From positions 64,001 through 128,000 of IMG/VR virus record IMGVR_UViG_3300025121_000776: DNA of 64,000 bases; one strand, written 5' to 3'. The notes below the pieces were generated by a model that worked only from the letters and a program-made list of their open reading frames with translations, was not told where the DNA came from and made no database searches. Origin of the DNA: a virus. This document shows, piece after piece, positions 39,133 to 49,249 of this stretch (its first letter is position 1; the number at the start of each line of letters is the position of its first letter). The position numbers and the translations under genes are program-made.

Positions 39133-40332
39133 ATGAGAACAAAATCTTTGGAACCAGTAAATAAAAATTCAATTCTTTGGGCGGATTTATATAAGTTTAC
39201 AATGTGTTGGGCAATTATTAAATTTTTCCCCGAAGCAAAAGTGAGATATGAATTTATTGACCGAAACGATACGGTTTATCCAGATGAATTTGCAGTTGAG
39301 TTAAGAAAAATAGTAAATAACTATAGTCAAAAAAGATTATCTAAACAGCGTAAGGTTGAGTTTGCGAAAGCATGTCCATTCTTGCCAGCTGCTTTTTTTG
39401 ATTTTCTCGAAGGCTACATATATGACCCAAGTGAGGTCGGAATTATTCAAACAGGTGGAAAATTATCAATTCAAATTGCTGGATACTGGTACAGAACTGT
39501 TATGTGGGAAACTACACTAATGGAAGATATTTCTGAGTTATATTTTAATATGACAGGCCAAAGCGATGATAAAGTAGATATTGAGGGCGCCCTACGAAAA
39601 ACTGCAGATAAAACATCTTTATTTCACTTAAATAGCGCACAAGTTGCTGACTTCGGAACAAGAAGAGCAAAGTCAAAAGATATGCATATAGCAATGATTG
39701 ATGTGATGACAAACTCATTAATGTATAAGAATTTTATTGGCTCAAGCAATGTTGAACTTGCACTATATAATGATATTAAAGTAATTGGAACTTATGCACA
39801 TGAATGGGTTTCTGGAATAGGTGCAATGTTTGGATATGCTCATGCAAATAGAATTGCAATGGAAAAATGGTCAGAAACATATAATGGGAATTTAGGTATT
39901 GCTTTAACTGACACATTTACCACAGATGCTTTCTTGGCAGATTTTGATTCTAAATATGCAAATCTTTTCACTGGAGTAAGACACGACAGTAGTGACCCCT
40001 TCGTTTTTACAGATAAAATTATTGACCACTATAAAAAACTTGGTATTGACCCGACTACAAAAACAATCGTTTATTCTGATGGTTTGAATCCAGAAATGGT
40101 TGTTAAATTACAGGATTACCGTAGGGGTGAAATCAGAAAATCATATGGTATTGGAACTAATTTAACAAATGATATTGATGGAGTTAAACCTTTAAACATT
40201 GTTGTTAAACTTCTTGAAATAAATGGAATGGCATCTGTTAAATTATCTGACTCTCCAACGAAACACGTAGGTGACCCAGAAACAATTAAATTTATTAAAT
40301 GGCAGAATTCTCAAAGATTAATGCAAAAATAA
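39133..40332 (+). CDS. pncB: nicotinate phosphoribosyltransferase
   Basis: DLYKFTM, DFGTRR, GTYAHEW, LTDTF, RHDS, GIGTNLT, KLSDSPTK (E. coli-type PncB pattern). Confidence 0.92.
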   Translation: MRTKSLEPVNKNSILWADLYKFTMCWAIIKFFPEAKVRYEFIDRNDTVYPDEFAVELRKIVNNYSQKRLSKQRKVEFAKACPFLPAAFFDFLEGYIYDPSEVGIIQTGGKLSIQIAGYWYRTVMWETTLMEDISELYFNMTGQSDDKVDIEGALRKTADKTSLFHLNSAQVADFGTRRAKSKDMHIAMIDVMTNSLMYKNFIGSSNVELALYNDIKVIGTYAHEWVSGIGAMFGYAHANRIAMEKWSETYNGNLGIALTDTFTTDAFLADFDSKYANLFTGVRHDSSDPFVFTDKIIDHYKKLGIDPTTKTIVYSDGLNPEMVVKLQDYRRGEIRKSYGIGTNLTNDIDGVKPLNIVVKLLEINGMASVKLSDSPTKHVGDPETIKFIKWQNSQRLMQK

Positions 40333-40334
40333 TT

Positions 40335-40928
40335 ATGGCAAGGACAATTGAAATAGCAGAGGAAACAAGGGTATTTAACGGCTACACCAAGGTGGACAAA
40401 GCATCAATAGAAGACACTTTAGAAAATGGTAAAGTAGATAAGTACACCAGAGAAAAGGTTGTAAGACCAAATGCCGTAACAGGCCTCATTTACAATACAG
40501 ATACTGAAACTATTGTTCTTGTAAAGCAATTCAGATATCCAACTAAATTAGGGAAAAGAAGCGGATTCATTTACGAAGCCATAGCTGGAAAAATAGATGG
40601 AGACGAAGACCCTCTAATAGCATTTAAAAGAGAGTGTTTAGAAGAAGTTGGATATAAACTTAAAAACAAAAACATTCAATATTGTAATTGGAGTTTTGCA
40701 ACTCCAGGATATTCAACTGAAAAACTTTACTTTTATTTAGCCAAAGCTACAAACAGAGATAAAATAAATAGAGGCGGAGGAGTAAAAGGTGAGCACGAAC
40801 ACATCGAGGTTTGCGAATTTCACTATCTTCAGTTTAAAAGTATGATGAGTGATTTAGAAGATTTAAAAACTAGATTCTTAGCATACGAAGCACATCACAG
40901 AAAATTATTTGATAAAAAGCAATATTGA
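40335..40928 (+). CDS. NUDIX hydrolase (ADP-ribose/GDP-mannose pyrophosphatase type)
   Basis: KQFRYP; Nudix box GKIDGDEDPLIAFKRECLEEVG; TPGYSTE. Confidence 0.88.
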   Translation: MARTIEIAEETRVFNGYTKVDKASIEDTLENGKVDKYTREKVVRPNAVTGLIYNTDTETIVLVKQFRYPTKLGKRSGFIYEAIAGKIDGDEDPLIAFKRECLEEVGYKLKNKNIQYCNWSFATPGYSTEKLYFYLAKATNRDKINRGGGVKGEHEHIEVCEFHYLQFKSMMSDLEDLKTRFLAYEAHHRKLFDKKQY

Positions 40929-41806
40929 TAACAAAATATAACATAGAGGAATTTAAGTGGATTGATGTGCTAACACCAACAGATATAGATTTAGAAATCA
41001 TATCTAAGGATTATGCTATACAACATACATTGTTGATAGACAGTATTGAATCTGGTCACCTACCTAAATACGAAATGATAGATAATTTAATATTTTTATT
41101 ATTTCGTATCTTTGACAAAAACTCAAAAGAAGGAGCTGATACCATTTCAGAATTAACTGAAAAACTTTCCATATTTTATCGTGATAATATTATTGTTACT
41201 ATACATCGTGAAGAAATTGATTTTATTACGAAAATTACCAAAAAAAATACATGCAAAAATGTTCTTGAGTTATTACTATATCTTATAAACAATTCAATAC
41301 TGTCATTTGAAAAGAGAATAAACAATGTAATCAATTCTATTGAAACAATAGAAAATCACTTGTTTAGCAAAAGAAATTCAAAATATGTTTTACAGAATTT
41401 ATATAAAATTAAAAAACAAATATATGTAATTGATAAAATATTGGATTTAAACATGGACCTAGTACAAAATGTTTTAGAGGATACTAAGATAAATAAAAAT
41501 CTAATTCAAGATGTAAAAGAGACTAATGAAAAATTCCAATTTCGCTCAACGAATATAATTGATAATATAAATAATATTATTAACATTCATTTAGCAATCG
41601 AATCCAACAAGGCCAATGACATAATGAAAATATTGACAGTTATCACATTGTTCTTTTTGCCCGCATCATTTCTGGTTGGAATTTATGGAATGAATTTTAA
41701 CATGCCAGAATTGACGTGGAAATTTGGCTATGGATGTTTTTGGATATTTTTAGTCTTAATGGAAGTTGTAATTTTTTTCATTGCAAAAAGAAAAAGGTGG
41801 CTATAA
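40925..41806 (+). CDS. corA: CorA-family Mg2+/Co2+ transporter
   Basis: MKILT...GIYGMNF...PEL.W; TTG start overlapping the upstream stop. Confidence 0.9.
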   Translation: MITKYNIEEFKWIDVLTPTDIDLEIISKDYAIQHTLLIDSIESGHLPKYEMIDNLIFLLFRIFDKNSKEGADTISELTEKLSIFYRDNIIVTIHREEIDFITKITKKNTCKNVLELLLYLINNSILSFEKRINNVINSIETIENHLFSKRNSKYVLQNLYKIKKQIYVIDKILDLNMDLVQNVLEDTKINKNLIQDVKETNEKFQFRSTNIIDNINNIINIHLAIESNKANDIMKILTVITLFFLPASFLVGIYGMNFNMPELTWKFGYGCFWIFLVLMEVVIFFIAKRKRWL

Positions 41807-41875
41807 TGGTCATAGATAAAATTAATTTATTATGAAAGAAAGAATAGAACAGATAAACAAAAAAAACAATTAATT

Positions 41876-42253
41876 ATGAAAAAATTTAAAGAAAAAATTA
41901 AGGAAATAAAAAAAATGTTTCCAAATACAGATGCAATATGGTTTAAAAAACCTTTGGACGTTTCCAAATATGTTGGATACGATTGTGCAGATATGACAGT
42001 TGGATTGGACTTAAAAAACAATAAAATAATTTGCACAGATGGTGATTGGATGTCCTGTCAAACATCATATAGTTTTGATAACATCACCAAATATGGACTA
42101 AAAGATTATTATAAAAAACTGTTATTCATGAGTAAAGATGATTTTGTCATAAAAAACATTTGGACAAGAGAATATTCTGAGAATTATTATGAAAAAATAA
42201 TTAAGAGTGGTAAAAATTATGATGAAGTATTTTTTCAATGTGCATTTATTTAA
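41876..42253 (+). CDS. hypothetical protein
   Basis: ORF. Confidence 0.7.
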   Translation: MKKFKEKIKEIKKMFPNTDAIWFKKPLDVSKYVGYDCADMTVGLDLKNNKIICTDGDWMSCQTSYSFDNITKYGLKDYYKKLLFMSKDDFVIKNIWTREYSENYYEKIIKSGKNYDEVFFQCAFI

Positions 42254-42399
42254 TTACGCCTAACGGTACGCAGCTAAACGCTGCTGGCACGGATTATTAA
42301 ATATAAATAATTAATTTAAAAATATTAAAACTGATTCACCTCCAAGCTAAAGAAAAAGTGGAGCTTTCTCAAACAAAAAAAATCGTAAATAATTAAGAC

Positions 42400-42729
42400 A
42401 TGAGCTGGATACAAAAACTTTTTAGTAGTAAGAATCAACAAAAAAAAGAAATAATAATAAGTGTTAAATATGAATATATTAAACCTGTTACTACTAAAAC
42501 AACAAGTAGTTATATATCACAAAGTAAAAACGAAGACGATTGCGAAAATTCATTGCTAAATATATGCAATCCGATTAATCAAATGAACATAGATAATAGC
42601 ATTATTGATAACACATTATTATCAACTGATAATGATTCACATGATAGTCAAAGTGATTATTCAAGCGATAATGATAGTGGTAGTGGAAGTTCGGATAGTG
42701 GTAGTGGAAGTTCGGATAGTGGTAGCTGA
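42400..42729 (+). CDS. hypothetical protein with a Ser/Asp/Gly-rich tail
   Basis: ORF ending DSGSGSSDSGSGSSDSGS. Confidence 0.65.
   Translation: MSWIQKLFSSKNQQKKEIIISVKYEYIKPVTTKTTSSYISQSKNEDDCENSLLNICNPINQMNIDNSIIDNTLLSTDNDSHDSQSDYSSDNDSGSGSSDSGSGSSDSGS
42673..42725 (+). repeat. 21-nt coding tandem repeat x2.5
   Basis: GATAGTGGTAGTGGAAGTTCG repeated. Confidence 0.9.
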
Positions 42730-42917
42730 TAAAGTGTAATAACGTTATAATTATGAAGAAAGGGTTATTGGATTTCTAAAAAATTTTATACTCTCAATAA
42801 AACAAGGGAAAATTGTCGAATTATTAGCAAAGATATAATCCCATTTTAGTAACTTTTTAAAAAAAAGTTCGTATAAAATAGTAAGAATAAATAATTTTTT
42901 AAAACAAAAATAACATC

Positions 42918-43739
42918 ATGAAAGCATTAGATTATTCAAAAGTTGAAGCTCATATTACTGAATGGTTAAATGAGCAAGCAAAAAAAGCAAAAGTAGAAGG
43001 GTTCATTATTGGAATATCTGGCGGAGTTGATTCTGCAGTTGTTTCCACTTTGGCTGCGAAAACTGGATTGCCATTATATACCATACAAATGCCTATTCGC
43101 CAAAGGTCAGATGAAGTTAATAGAGCTACTTCACACATTATTTGGTTAATGGAAAATTTTCCAAATGTTTCTACGCTTGAAACAAATTTAACATCTACAT
43201 TCGAGTCATTTCTTGGAAATGTTGAAAAAGTTGAAGATGAAGAAATGCAACATTTAGCTGAAGCAAATACCAGGTCAAGACTTAGAATGGTTAATTTATA
43301 TTATTATTCATGCATTAAACACTGTTTAGTACTTGGAACTGGAAACAAAGTAGAAGATTTTGGAGTTGGATTTTGTACAAAGGGAGGTGACTCTCAAGTA
43401 GATATATCACCTATTGGAGATTTGATGAAATCAGAAGTTCGTGCACTTGGAAAACACATGGGAATTAACTTGGAAATTGTAAATGCAATTCCATCTGATG
43501 GTTTATGGGATGACAATAGAGGTGATGAGTATCAATTAAAAGCAACTTATGATGAATTGGAGTGGGCAATGGAATATATTGAAAATAATTCAAGACATTT
43601 TGCATATTCCCCAGAAGATTTAAACTTATTATCTGAAAGACAACAAGCAGTCTTGTTAATTTATAAGACAAGACATTTTGCAAATGCACATAAAATGGAA
43701 ATGCCCCCTATATGTAATTTAAGCGAGTTTAGGAAATAA
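42918..43739 (+). CDS. nadE: NH3-dependent NAD+ synthetase
   Basis: GISGGVDS, NTRSRLRM, GTGNKVE, TKGGD, PSDGLW. Confidence 0.95.
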   Translation: MKALDYSKVEAHITEWLNEQAKKAKVEGFIIGISGGVDSAVVSTLAAKTGLPLYTIQMPIRQRSDEVNRATSHIIWLMENFPNVSTLETNLTSTFESFLGNVEKVEDEEMQHLAEANTRSRLRMVNLYYYSCIKHCLVLGTGNKVEDFGVGFCTKGGDSQVDISPIGDLMKSEVRALGKHMGINLEIVNAIPSDGLWDDNRGDEYQLKATYDELEWAMEYIENNSRHFAYSPEDLNLLSERQQAVLLIYKTRHFANAHKMEMPPICNLSEFRK

Positions 43740-44648
43740 TTCTTTAATTTTTATTTCTATTTTATCACTGTACTTAATTCTTATTAACCGAATATTGTTT
43801 TTTATACAATACTCGGTTTTTATTTTATCGTTTTTTATTCTCTCATTAAACCTTTTTACACCGCCAAAAAATTCTACAGATTTAAAATGCTGTATACCAT
43901 CATATTCTATACATACATTAAACTCTTTTAAATAAAAGTCAAAAGGTAACAGATTGACTGATTTGCAACAATCAAAAGTTTTTTGTTCGTAGAATTTAAT
44001 ATCAAGTTCATTTAATAACTTTCTTATTATTATTTCACCTTTTGAACTGCTGCATTTCTTACATCCCTTGCCATGTAAATGATTATCTGGAGTTTGCTCG
44101 AACATCCCATGTTTTGGACATGTTATTTTTACTTTTTTATTATTGTGTTCATACATACACAAGTCGTAGTTAAAATAATTGTCATGTATCAAGCTTGCTC
44201 TTTGTATAAAATTTTCATTTGTTAAAGTAAGATTTTTTTTTGTATTTTCTATTTGGCATTTTTTACACCCCTTTCCATGTAAATGATTATCTGGGGACTG
44301 TTCAAATTCTCCGTGTTTTGGACATACAATTTTCAATTTATTATGTGCTCTAATATATTTAGATGGTAAGTAATTATATTTATTATTATGAATTATATTT
44401 GCCTGTATTATAAAGTCTTCTGTGTTTTTTCTTAGCGAAAACCCCTTTTTCTCATCTGAGCATTTTTTACATCCAACTCCACTATAATGAGAATATGCAA
44501 GTTGCTCAAAAATTCCATGCTTTGGGCAGATTATAATTACTTTATTATCCGCTGTTTTATAATCTACTAAAGAATAATTATATTTTTCTCCATGTTTTTC
44601 TTTTGATTTTTGAATAAATATTTCTGTGTTAAATTTTGTAGTTTTCAT
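43719..44648 (-). CDS. free-standing homing endonuclease (Zn-ribbon repeats plus PD-(D/E)XK/Vsr-like domain)
   Basis: Three CPKHG...GCKKC repeats; FDFYL...CIEYDGIQHF. Confidence 0.85.
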   Translation of the reverse strand: MKTTKFNTEIFIQKSKEKHGEKYNYSLVDYKTADNKVIIICPKHGIFEQLAYSHYSGVGCKKCSDEKKGFSLRKNTEDFIIQANIIHNNKYNYLPSKYIRAHNKLKIVCPKHGEFEQSPDNHLHGKGCKKCQIENTKKNLTLTNENFIQRASLIHDNYFNYDLCMYEHNNKKVKITCPKHGMFEQTPDNHLHGKGCKKCSSSKGEIIIRKLLNELDIKFYEQKTFDCCKSVNLLPFDFYLKEFNVCIEYDGIQHFKSVEFFGGVKRFNERIKNDKIKTEYCIKNNIRLIRIKYSDKIEIKIKELFPKLA

Positions 44649-44730
44649 TTTTAATTATATATTTGTAATTATAAATATGCAGAAATAAAAGATGAAGACC
44701 AAATTGGTGCATTTTTAAAAATAAAAAACA

Positions 44731-45117
44731 ATGATTGTAGCAATAATAGGAAGTCGTAGTTTTGAAAATTACGAACTCCTTAAATTTAAACTTCTTCCAT
44801 ATAAAGCCAGCATTACCAAAATAGTGTCGGGAGGTGCACTTGGTGCCGACAAACTTGGAGAAATATTTGCAAAAGAATTTAATATTCCAACTGAAATTTT
44901 CGAAGCTGAGTGGGAAAATTTTGCAGAGCCATGTAAAATAAAAAAGAACTCTTACGGTAAAGAATACAATGCATTGGCAGGATTCAATCGCAACACAAAA
45001 ATAATAGAGAAAGCAAATCTTGTAGCCGTATTCTGGGACGGGAAATCTCCAGGAACAAGAGATTCAATGAAGAAGGCTCACCAAATGAAAAAGGATATTT
45101 TAATTATCTATTTTTAA
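44731..45117 (+). CDS. SLOG-family (DUF2493/YspA-like) protein
   Basis: IIGSR...SGGALGAD...AGFNRN...FWDGKSPGT. Confidence 0.85.
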   Translation: MIVAIIGSRSFENYELLKFKLLPYKASITKIVSGGALGADKLGEIFAKEFNIPTEIFEAEWENFAEPCKIKKNSYGKEYNALAGFNRNTKIIEKANLVAVFWDGKSPGTRDSMKKAHQMKKDILIIYF

Positions 45118-45579
45118 CCAGGTCAGATAAGATAATTCGTTTTCTTTGATTTCTTCAGTTAATTTCCATTTACTTTCATCAAAAGCAAAGACCACATCTC
45201 CATCATAATCTCTGTGAATAATAGTTTGATATATTTTATCTATCAAGTTGTTCTTTAAAAAATAATCATAAATACTAGCGCCCCCAATTACAAAAATATT
45301 GTATTGCGGCAATCTTCTTTTTGCAAAAGCAAGAGCATCTTCTATACTTTTAAAAGGAAATATTCCTTTAGCAAAAAAACCATGTTTCGAAATTACAAAG
45401 TTATAGCGGTTAATTAATGGTTTTCCAATAGAGTCGAATGTCTTTCTGCCCATTATAACGATTGAGCCTTCTGTGATTTTTCTAAATCGTTTTAGGTCTT
45501 CGGGGAAATGCCAAGGGATGGAACCTAGTTTTCCAATTGTTTCGTTTTCGGCATTTGCAACAATTAAGTTAATAGACAT
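45100..45579 (-). CDS. folA: dihydrofolate reductase
   Basis: IGKLGSIPWHFPEDL, IMGRKTFDSIGKPL, VIGGASIY. Confidence 0.95.
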   Translation of the reverse strand: MSINLIVANAENETIGKLGSIPWHFPEDLKRFRKITEGSIVIMGRKTFDSIGKPLINRYNFVISKHGFFAKGIFPFKSIEDALAFAKRRLPQYNIFVIGGASIYDYFLKNNLIDKIYQTIIHRDYDGDVVFAFDESKWKLTEEIKENELSYLTWLKIDN

Positions 45580-46121
45580 TTTTCTTTTAAAGCTTTTGAA
45601 ATTTCTTCACTTACAACTTCTATAGATTTACTAGATGTGTTAAAAGATAACCCAATTGCTTTGTAATAATCTGTTACTTTTTTTAATTCAGAATTATATA
45701 TATTGGTTAAAAGTTTAAATTTTTCTTTATCTCCGCCATTTTTCTTCACTCTATCTACTATCGTGGTTAGTTCTGTTTCTAACAAAATTGCAATAGGTCT
45801 ATTAGTCTTTCTGGAAAATAAAAATGTTTCCAGTGCTTTGGCTTGAGTAAGAGTTTTTGGAAATTGATTAAAAACAATTCCCTCTTCTTTTAAGTTGATT
45901 ATAACATCTTTGATAAGCATAATCAAATATTCGTCTGGCATTTTTTCTGTAGATTTAGAATATTTTTCCGCAATCAAACCAATTTTTGTTTTATTTTTAA
46001 TTTCTTCTGCAATCAAATCATCGGCAGAAAGATATTCATAACTCAATTTTTTTGCTAACAATTTAGCGTGTGTATCCTTGCCAGAGCAAGGAGTTCCTAA
46101 AACTACTATAATTTTTTTCAT
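45564..46121 (-). CDS. adenylate kinase-like protein (degenerate)
   Basis: GTPCSGKDT P-loop; NQFPKTLTQA in place of DGFPRT. Confidence 0.75.
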   Translation of the reverse strand: MKKIIVVLGTPCSGKDTHAKLLAKKLSYEYLSADDLIAEEIKNKTKIGLIAEKYSKSTEKMPDEYLIMLIKDVIINLKEEGIVFNQFPKTLTQAKALETFLFSRKTNRPIAILLETELTTIVDRVKKNGGDKEKFKLLTNIYNSELKKVTDYYKAIGLSFNTSSKSIEVVSEEISKALKEKCLLT

Positions 46122-46363
46122 ATAACTCTTTTAAATTTTTCAAGTTCTTTATCACCGTTTTTTTCTATTGTAAGTAAGAAATTTTTCTTCTTACGACAGC
46201 AATCACAGTTTACATAAATATCTTCTTTTTTAAATCCTATGGCTAACAAGTGTTTTTTTACGACTTCTTCTATCTCAATTGCGTTTGCAATACTTACTTT
46301 TCCATCTCCAAAATTAGAAAGCATGTAGCACACTTGGTCTACAACTTTTTCTGTTAAATCCAT
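46118..46363 (-). CDS. hypothetical protein
   Basis: ORF; TACCTTTG promoter at 46379-46386 (minus). Confidence 0.7.
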   Translation of the reverse strand: MDLTEKVVDQVCYMLSNFGDGKVSIANAIEIEEVVKKHLLAIGFKKEDIYVNCDCCRKKKNFLLTIEKNGDKELEKFKRVI

Positions 46364-46476
46364 TTTTCATATTTATTACAAAGGTAATGAAAAATTTTTA
46401 CATTGTAAAACTATTTTGTTAACTTTTTTTAAAAAATTTGGATATATTTTAAACTATTTATTGCAAAATATATGCA

Positions 46477-46917
46477 ATGAAAAACAATAATGAAAAAACG
46501 TTCTTAGGTGGAACATGTAATAATTCCACTTGGAGAGAAAGGTTAATTAAAGACCTTAAAGTACCTTATTTCAATCCCGTAGTCGAAGATTGGACAGAGG
46601 AAGACCAAAAAAGAGAAGATGAACAAAGAAAAAGTGCTAAATTTGTACTTTTCGTTATTACTCCATTAATGAAAGGTGTTTTTTCAATAGCTGAGGTTGT
46701 AGATTGCTCGAACAAAAGGCCAGAATCTACAATATTTTGTGTTCTTAAAAAAGATGATAAAAAAGAATTTGATAAATCCGAAATGAAGTCTTTAGACCAA
46801 GTTAAAGAAATGGTTAAAAAAAATGGAGGAAAAGTATTTGACAATCTATCTGAAATAGCAGATTTTTTAAACAAACAGGAAGAAGGGAGCCGAATGAAAA
46901 CTCTTGCTGGAGTTTAA
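46477..46917 (+). CDS. nucleoside 2-deoxyribosyltransferase-like (TIR/NDT fold) protein
   Basis: FLGGTC...WRE...YFNPVVEDW...FSIAE; C-terminal RMKTLAGV. Confidence 0.8.
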   Translation: MKNNNEKTFLGGTCNNSTWRERLIKDLKVPYFNPVVEDWTEEDQKREDEQRKSAKFVLFVITPLMKGVFSIAEVVDCSNKRPESTIFCVLKKDDKKEFDKSEMKSLDQVKEMVKKNGGKVFDNLSEIADFLNKQEEGSRMKTLAGV

Positions 46918-46954
46918 TAACAATTTTTAAGACTATTTATTACAAATAAATTTT

Positions 46955-47602
46955 ATGAAAAATCAACTTAGAAAATTAATTCGAGAAAAAATTGAACTTG
47001 ATATTAATATCGGAGACGAAATTCTTGTTGGGAGATTTAAAAATAAAAAAGTTATAGTAAAAAGTATCAGCAAAGACGATAAAAACCAACCTACTATTAA
47101 TGGTAAAACAATTCTTAAATTTAGAATTAAAAAGCTAATAAAAGAAGAGCTTAACAAATTTTTTGAAGCATTAGACTTTCAAGCTGATGCAGCAGAACAA
47201 ATTGCCATGAACATGTCACTATTTAAATTGCCAAGAAAAGGAATGGACGACTCAATAAATAATTTTAATATAATTCAAACTCAAAAAGAAAAACTCGAAA
47301 CCCCAGAAGAAAAGGAAGAAGATTTAGATAATGGGTTTGAAGCACCTGCTTTTAATACGCCTAATGCTGCTACAAAAACAAATATATATGAAGCCGAAGG
47401 AGTTGTTGGAATGTACGGAGGGACCACAGCAATGCAAGTGGGTCTTGATAAAATTAATGTTCCTATGCCATCAACCTTTGGAAAAGAGGCTGAAGATGAA
47501 TTTGCACTTCATAATGATAACATAGAAAGAACGCTAAAAGAAAAGCCCGCTGGAAATGCAAGAGTAGGCACTTCAATAAATAATAAATCGAAAAACTTTT
47601 AA
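46955..47602 (+). CDS. putative virion protein
   Basis: LRKLIRE and IKKLIKEE helices; late motif at 46934. Confidence 0.55.
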   Translation: MKNQLRKLIREKIELDINIGDEILVGRFKNKKVIVKSISKDDKNQPTINGKTILKFRIKKLIKEELNKFFEALDFQADAAEQIAMNMSLFKLPRKGMDDSINNFNIIQTQKEKLETPEEKEEDLDNGFEAPAFNTPNAATKTNIYEAEGVVGMYGGTTAMQVGLDKINVPMPSTFGKEAEDEFALHNDNIERTLKEKPAGNARVGTSINNKSKNF

Positions 47603-47651
47603 TTGCTTTATAATTTTAAAAAAATAAACTATTTATAAAAAAAATGTAATT

Positions 47652-48110
47652 ATGAAAATAAGTAATAAAGGTGGCAAAGGAAAGTGGATTCACGTTAAAT
47701 TTAACGGAGTGTCTTATAAAAAATGGCTAGCAGGATATGATTCAATTGTTCTTGATGAAGTTACAGATGTAAGTCAATTAAACTTGAATGCCCATGAAGA
47801 ATCAATGATTCACGCAGAAGAATATACTGGAATAAACATTGACTCATCAGACCCTTTTTCATTCTTGATTTCAGCCGCTAATGGAGCAACTGGAGGTACA
47901 ACATCTTTAAGTGCAGCAACCGTTACAGTGACAGATGAAATGAATTTGTCATTCTCTGTTTACCCAGAATCAAATTACTATCTTTCTGCTTATACAGTTA
48001 ATGGAGTATCTAGAACTATTAGCACAGCATCGGCATCAACAGTATATACTATATCTAAAATTAAACAAGATAAAAACATATATGTGGCATTTGCGACATT
48101 CGGTTCTTAA
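47652..48110 (+). CDS. putative structural protein with a C-terminal Ig/B-repeat-like domain
   Basis: Beta-rich YTVNG...YTISKIKQDKNIYVAF; late motif at 47630. Confidence 0.5.
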   Translation: MKISNKGGKGKWIHVKFNGVSYKKWLAGYDSIVLDEVTDVSQLNLNAHEESMIHAEEYTGINIDSSDPFSFLISAANGATGGTTSLSAATVTVTDEMNLSFSVYPESNYYLSAYTVNGVSRTISTASASTVYTISKIKQDKNIYVAFATFGS

Positions 48111-48125
48111 AAATATTTATTAAAC

Positions 48126-48156
48126 AAAAATCCTCCAAGAAATTGGGGGATTTTTT
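48126..48156 (+). terminator. intrinsic terminator
   Basis: AAAAATCCTCCAA / TTGGGGGATTTTT. Confidence 0.8.
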
Positions 48157-48199
48157 GTTTTAATCAAAAAAAGCATTACATTTGCATAAATTATGTACC

Positions 48200-48742
48200 A
48201 TGACAAAGAAAGAAATTAAAGAAAAAATAGATGCAAGTGGCCTTATTTGGTTTTCTAAGGATAAGTTGTATGAAGTATTTAGAATTAATAAAGAAAACTC
48301 TTTATTGCCTTCAGCAAATGGAATTGCATTTCCAGACTTTTTTCCTCCAGTAGAACCCGATAAAAAACTTATTGCAAAGTATGGCAAATATTCTTGTGTT
48401 ATAAATTCTCATTTACTTGATAGACAAAATGCTTGGAAAAAACTCAACACAATAAAAAAGTTGCATGTTGAGAAAATGAAAGTGTTTGAAAAAATGGAAA
48501 TTTGTAAAGAGTTAGAATTACCTGGTTATGCAAAAAACATTGAAGACATTGAATTTAAATTACAAAAAGTTTGGGGATTTCCACAAGATATAAATTTCCA
48601 TCGTTGGTTTGACGTGCCAAAATGTATTTGCCCTAAAATGGATAACGAAGATTTCTCTGGCACCAAATTCAGAAGCTATAATTTAAAGTGCCCAGTCCAC
48701 AAACCTTTGAATTTAGAAGAAGAACTTAATAAACTTAGTTAA
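48200..48742 (+). CDS. hypothetical protein
   Basis: ORF with CICPKMDN...CPVH. Confidence 0.75.
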   Translation: MTKKEIKEKIDASGLIWFSKDKLYEVFRINKENSLLPSANGIAFPDFFPPVEPDKKLIAKYGKYSCVINSHLLDRQNAWKKLNTIKKLHVEKMKVFEKMEICKELELPGYAKNIEDIEFKLQKVWGFPQDINFHRWFDVPKCICPKMDNEDFSGTKFRSYNLKCPVHKPLNLEEELNKLS

Positions 48743-48865
48743 GCAGTAATTATTTTGTCAAAACCCTTTTTATAAATAAAATGATAAAAATTTTAGAAGA
48801 AGTAGCAAAGCAAAGGCTGGCGATTAATAATAAAAATTCCCCACATTCAATTATCATCAACTTTA

Positions 48866-49060
48866 ATGAAGAAAGCTATTGATGATATAAATGAAATCAT
48901 TGGCGAGGACAAATTACAGCAAAATGAAATGAGTAATGAATTTACACATATAATGTTTGGAAAAAAATTTATAGTCAGCAACAGAGCGTATAGAGATGAT
49001 ACAAATAGCGAGGACGTAGAGGAAGCTCTCTATAAATTTGCTTGTAGAAACTTTAATTAG
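48866..49060 (+). CDS. hypothetical protein (possibly the 3' part of a split gene starting at 48781)
   Basis: A short upstream ORF from 48781 overlaps it in another frame. Confidence 0.45.
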   Translation: MKKAIDDINEIIGEDKLQQNEMSNEFTHIMFGKKFIVSNRAYRDDTNSEDVEEALYKFACRNFN

Positions 49061-49249
49061 TAACAACAACACTCCAACCAATATATTTTTCATTATTATT
49101 CTTTTTTGCATCGAAAATTTACATCTTGTTGAATAAATTTTTGCTCCTCCATTTTTTTATGTGACCTTAATAGGTTAATAAAGGAGAATTAAAGTTTCTT
49201 TATTTTAAAACTTTTCTAAAAAAAAAACGTATAATAAAAAAACAAAAAA

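Noticed and set aside
39133-40332. Nampt (NadV), which would make this the known NARP2 pathway
   Set aside because: The motif pattern (DFGTRR, AHEW, LTDT, KLSDSP) matches nicotinate-specific PncB, consistent with PncA and NadE being present
43719-44648. Second endonuclease as part of an intron in nadE
   Set aside because: It is on the opposite strand, nadE is complete, and there is only a convergent 21-nt overlap
49061-49249. Possible minus-strand gene
   Set aside because: All frames are short or broken; at most a decayed remnant
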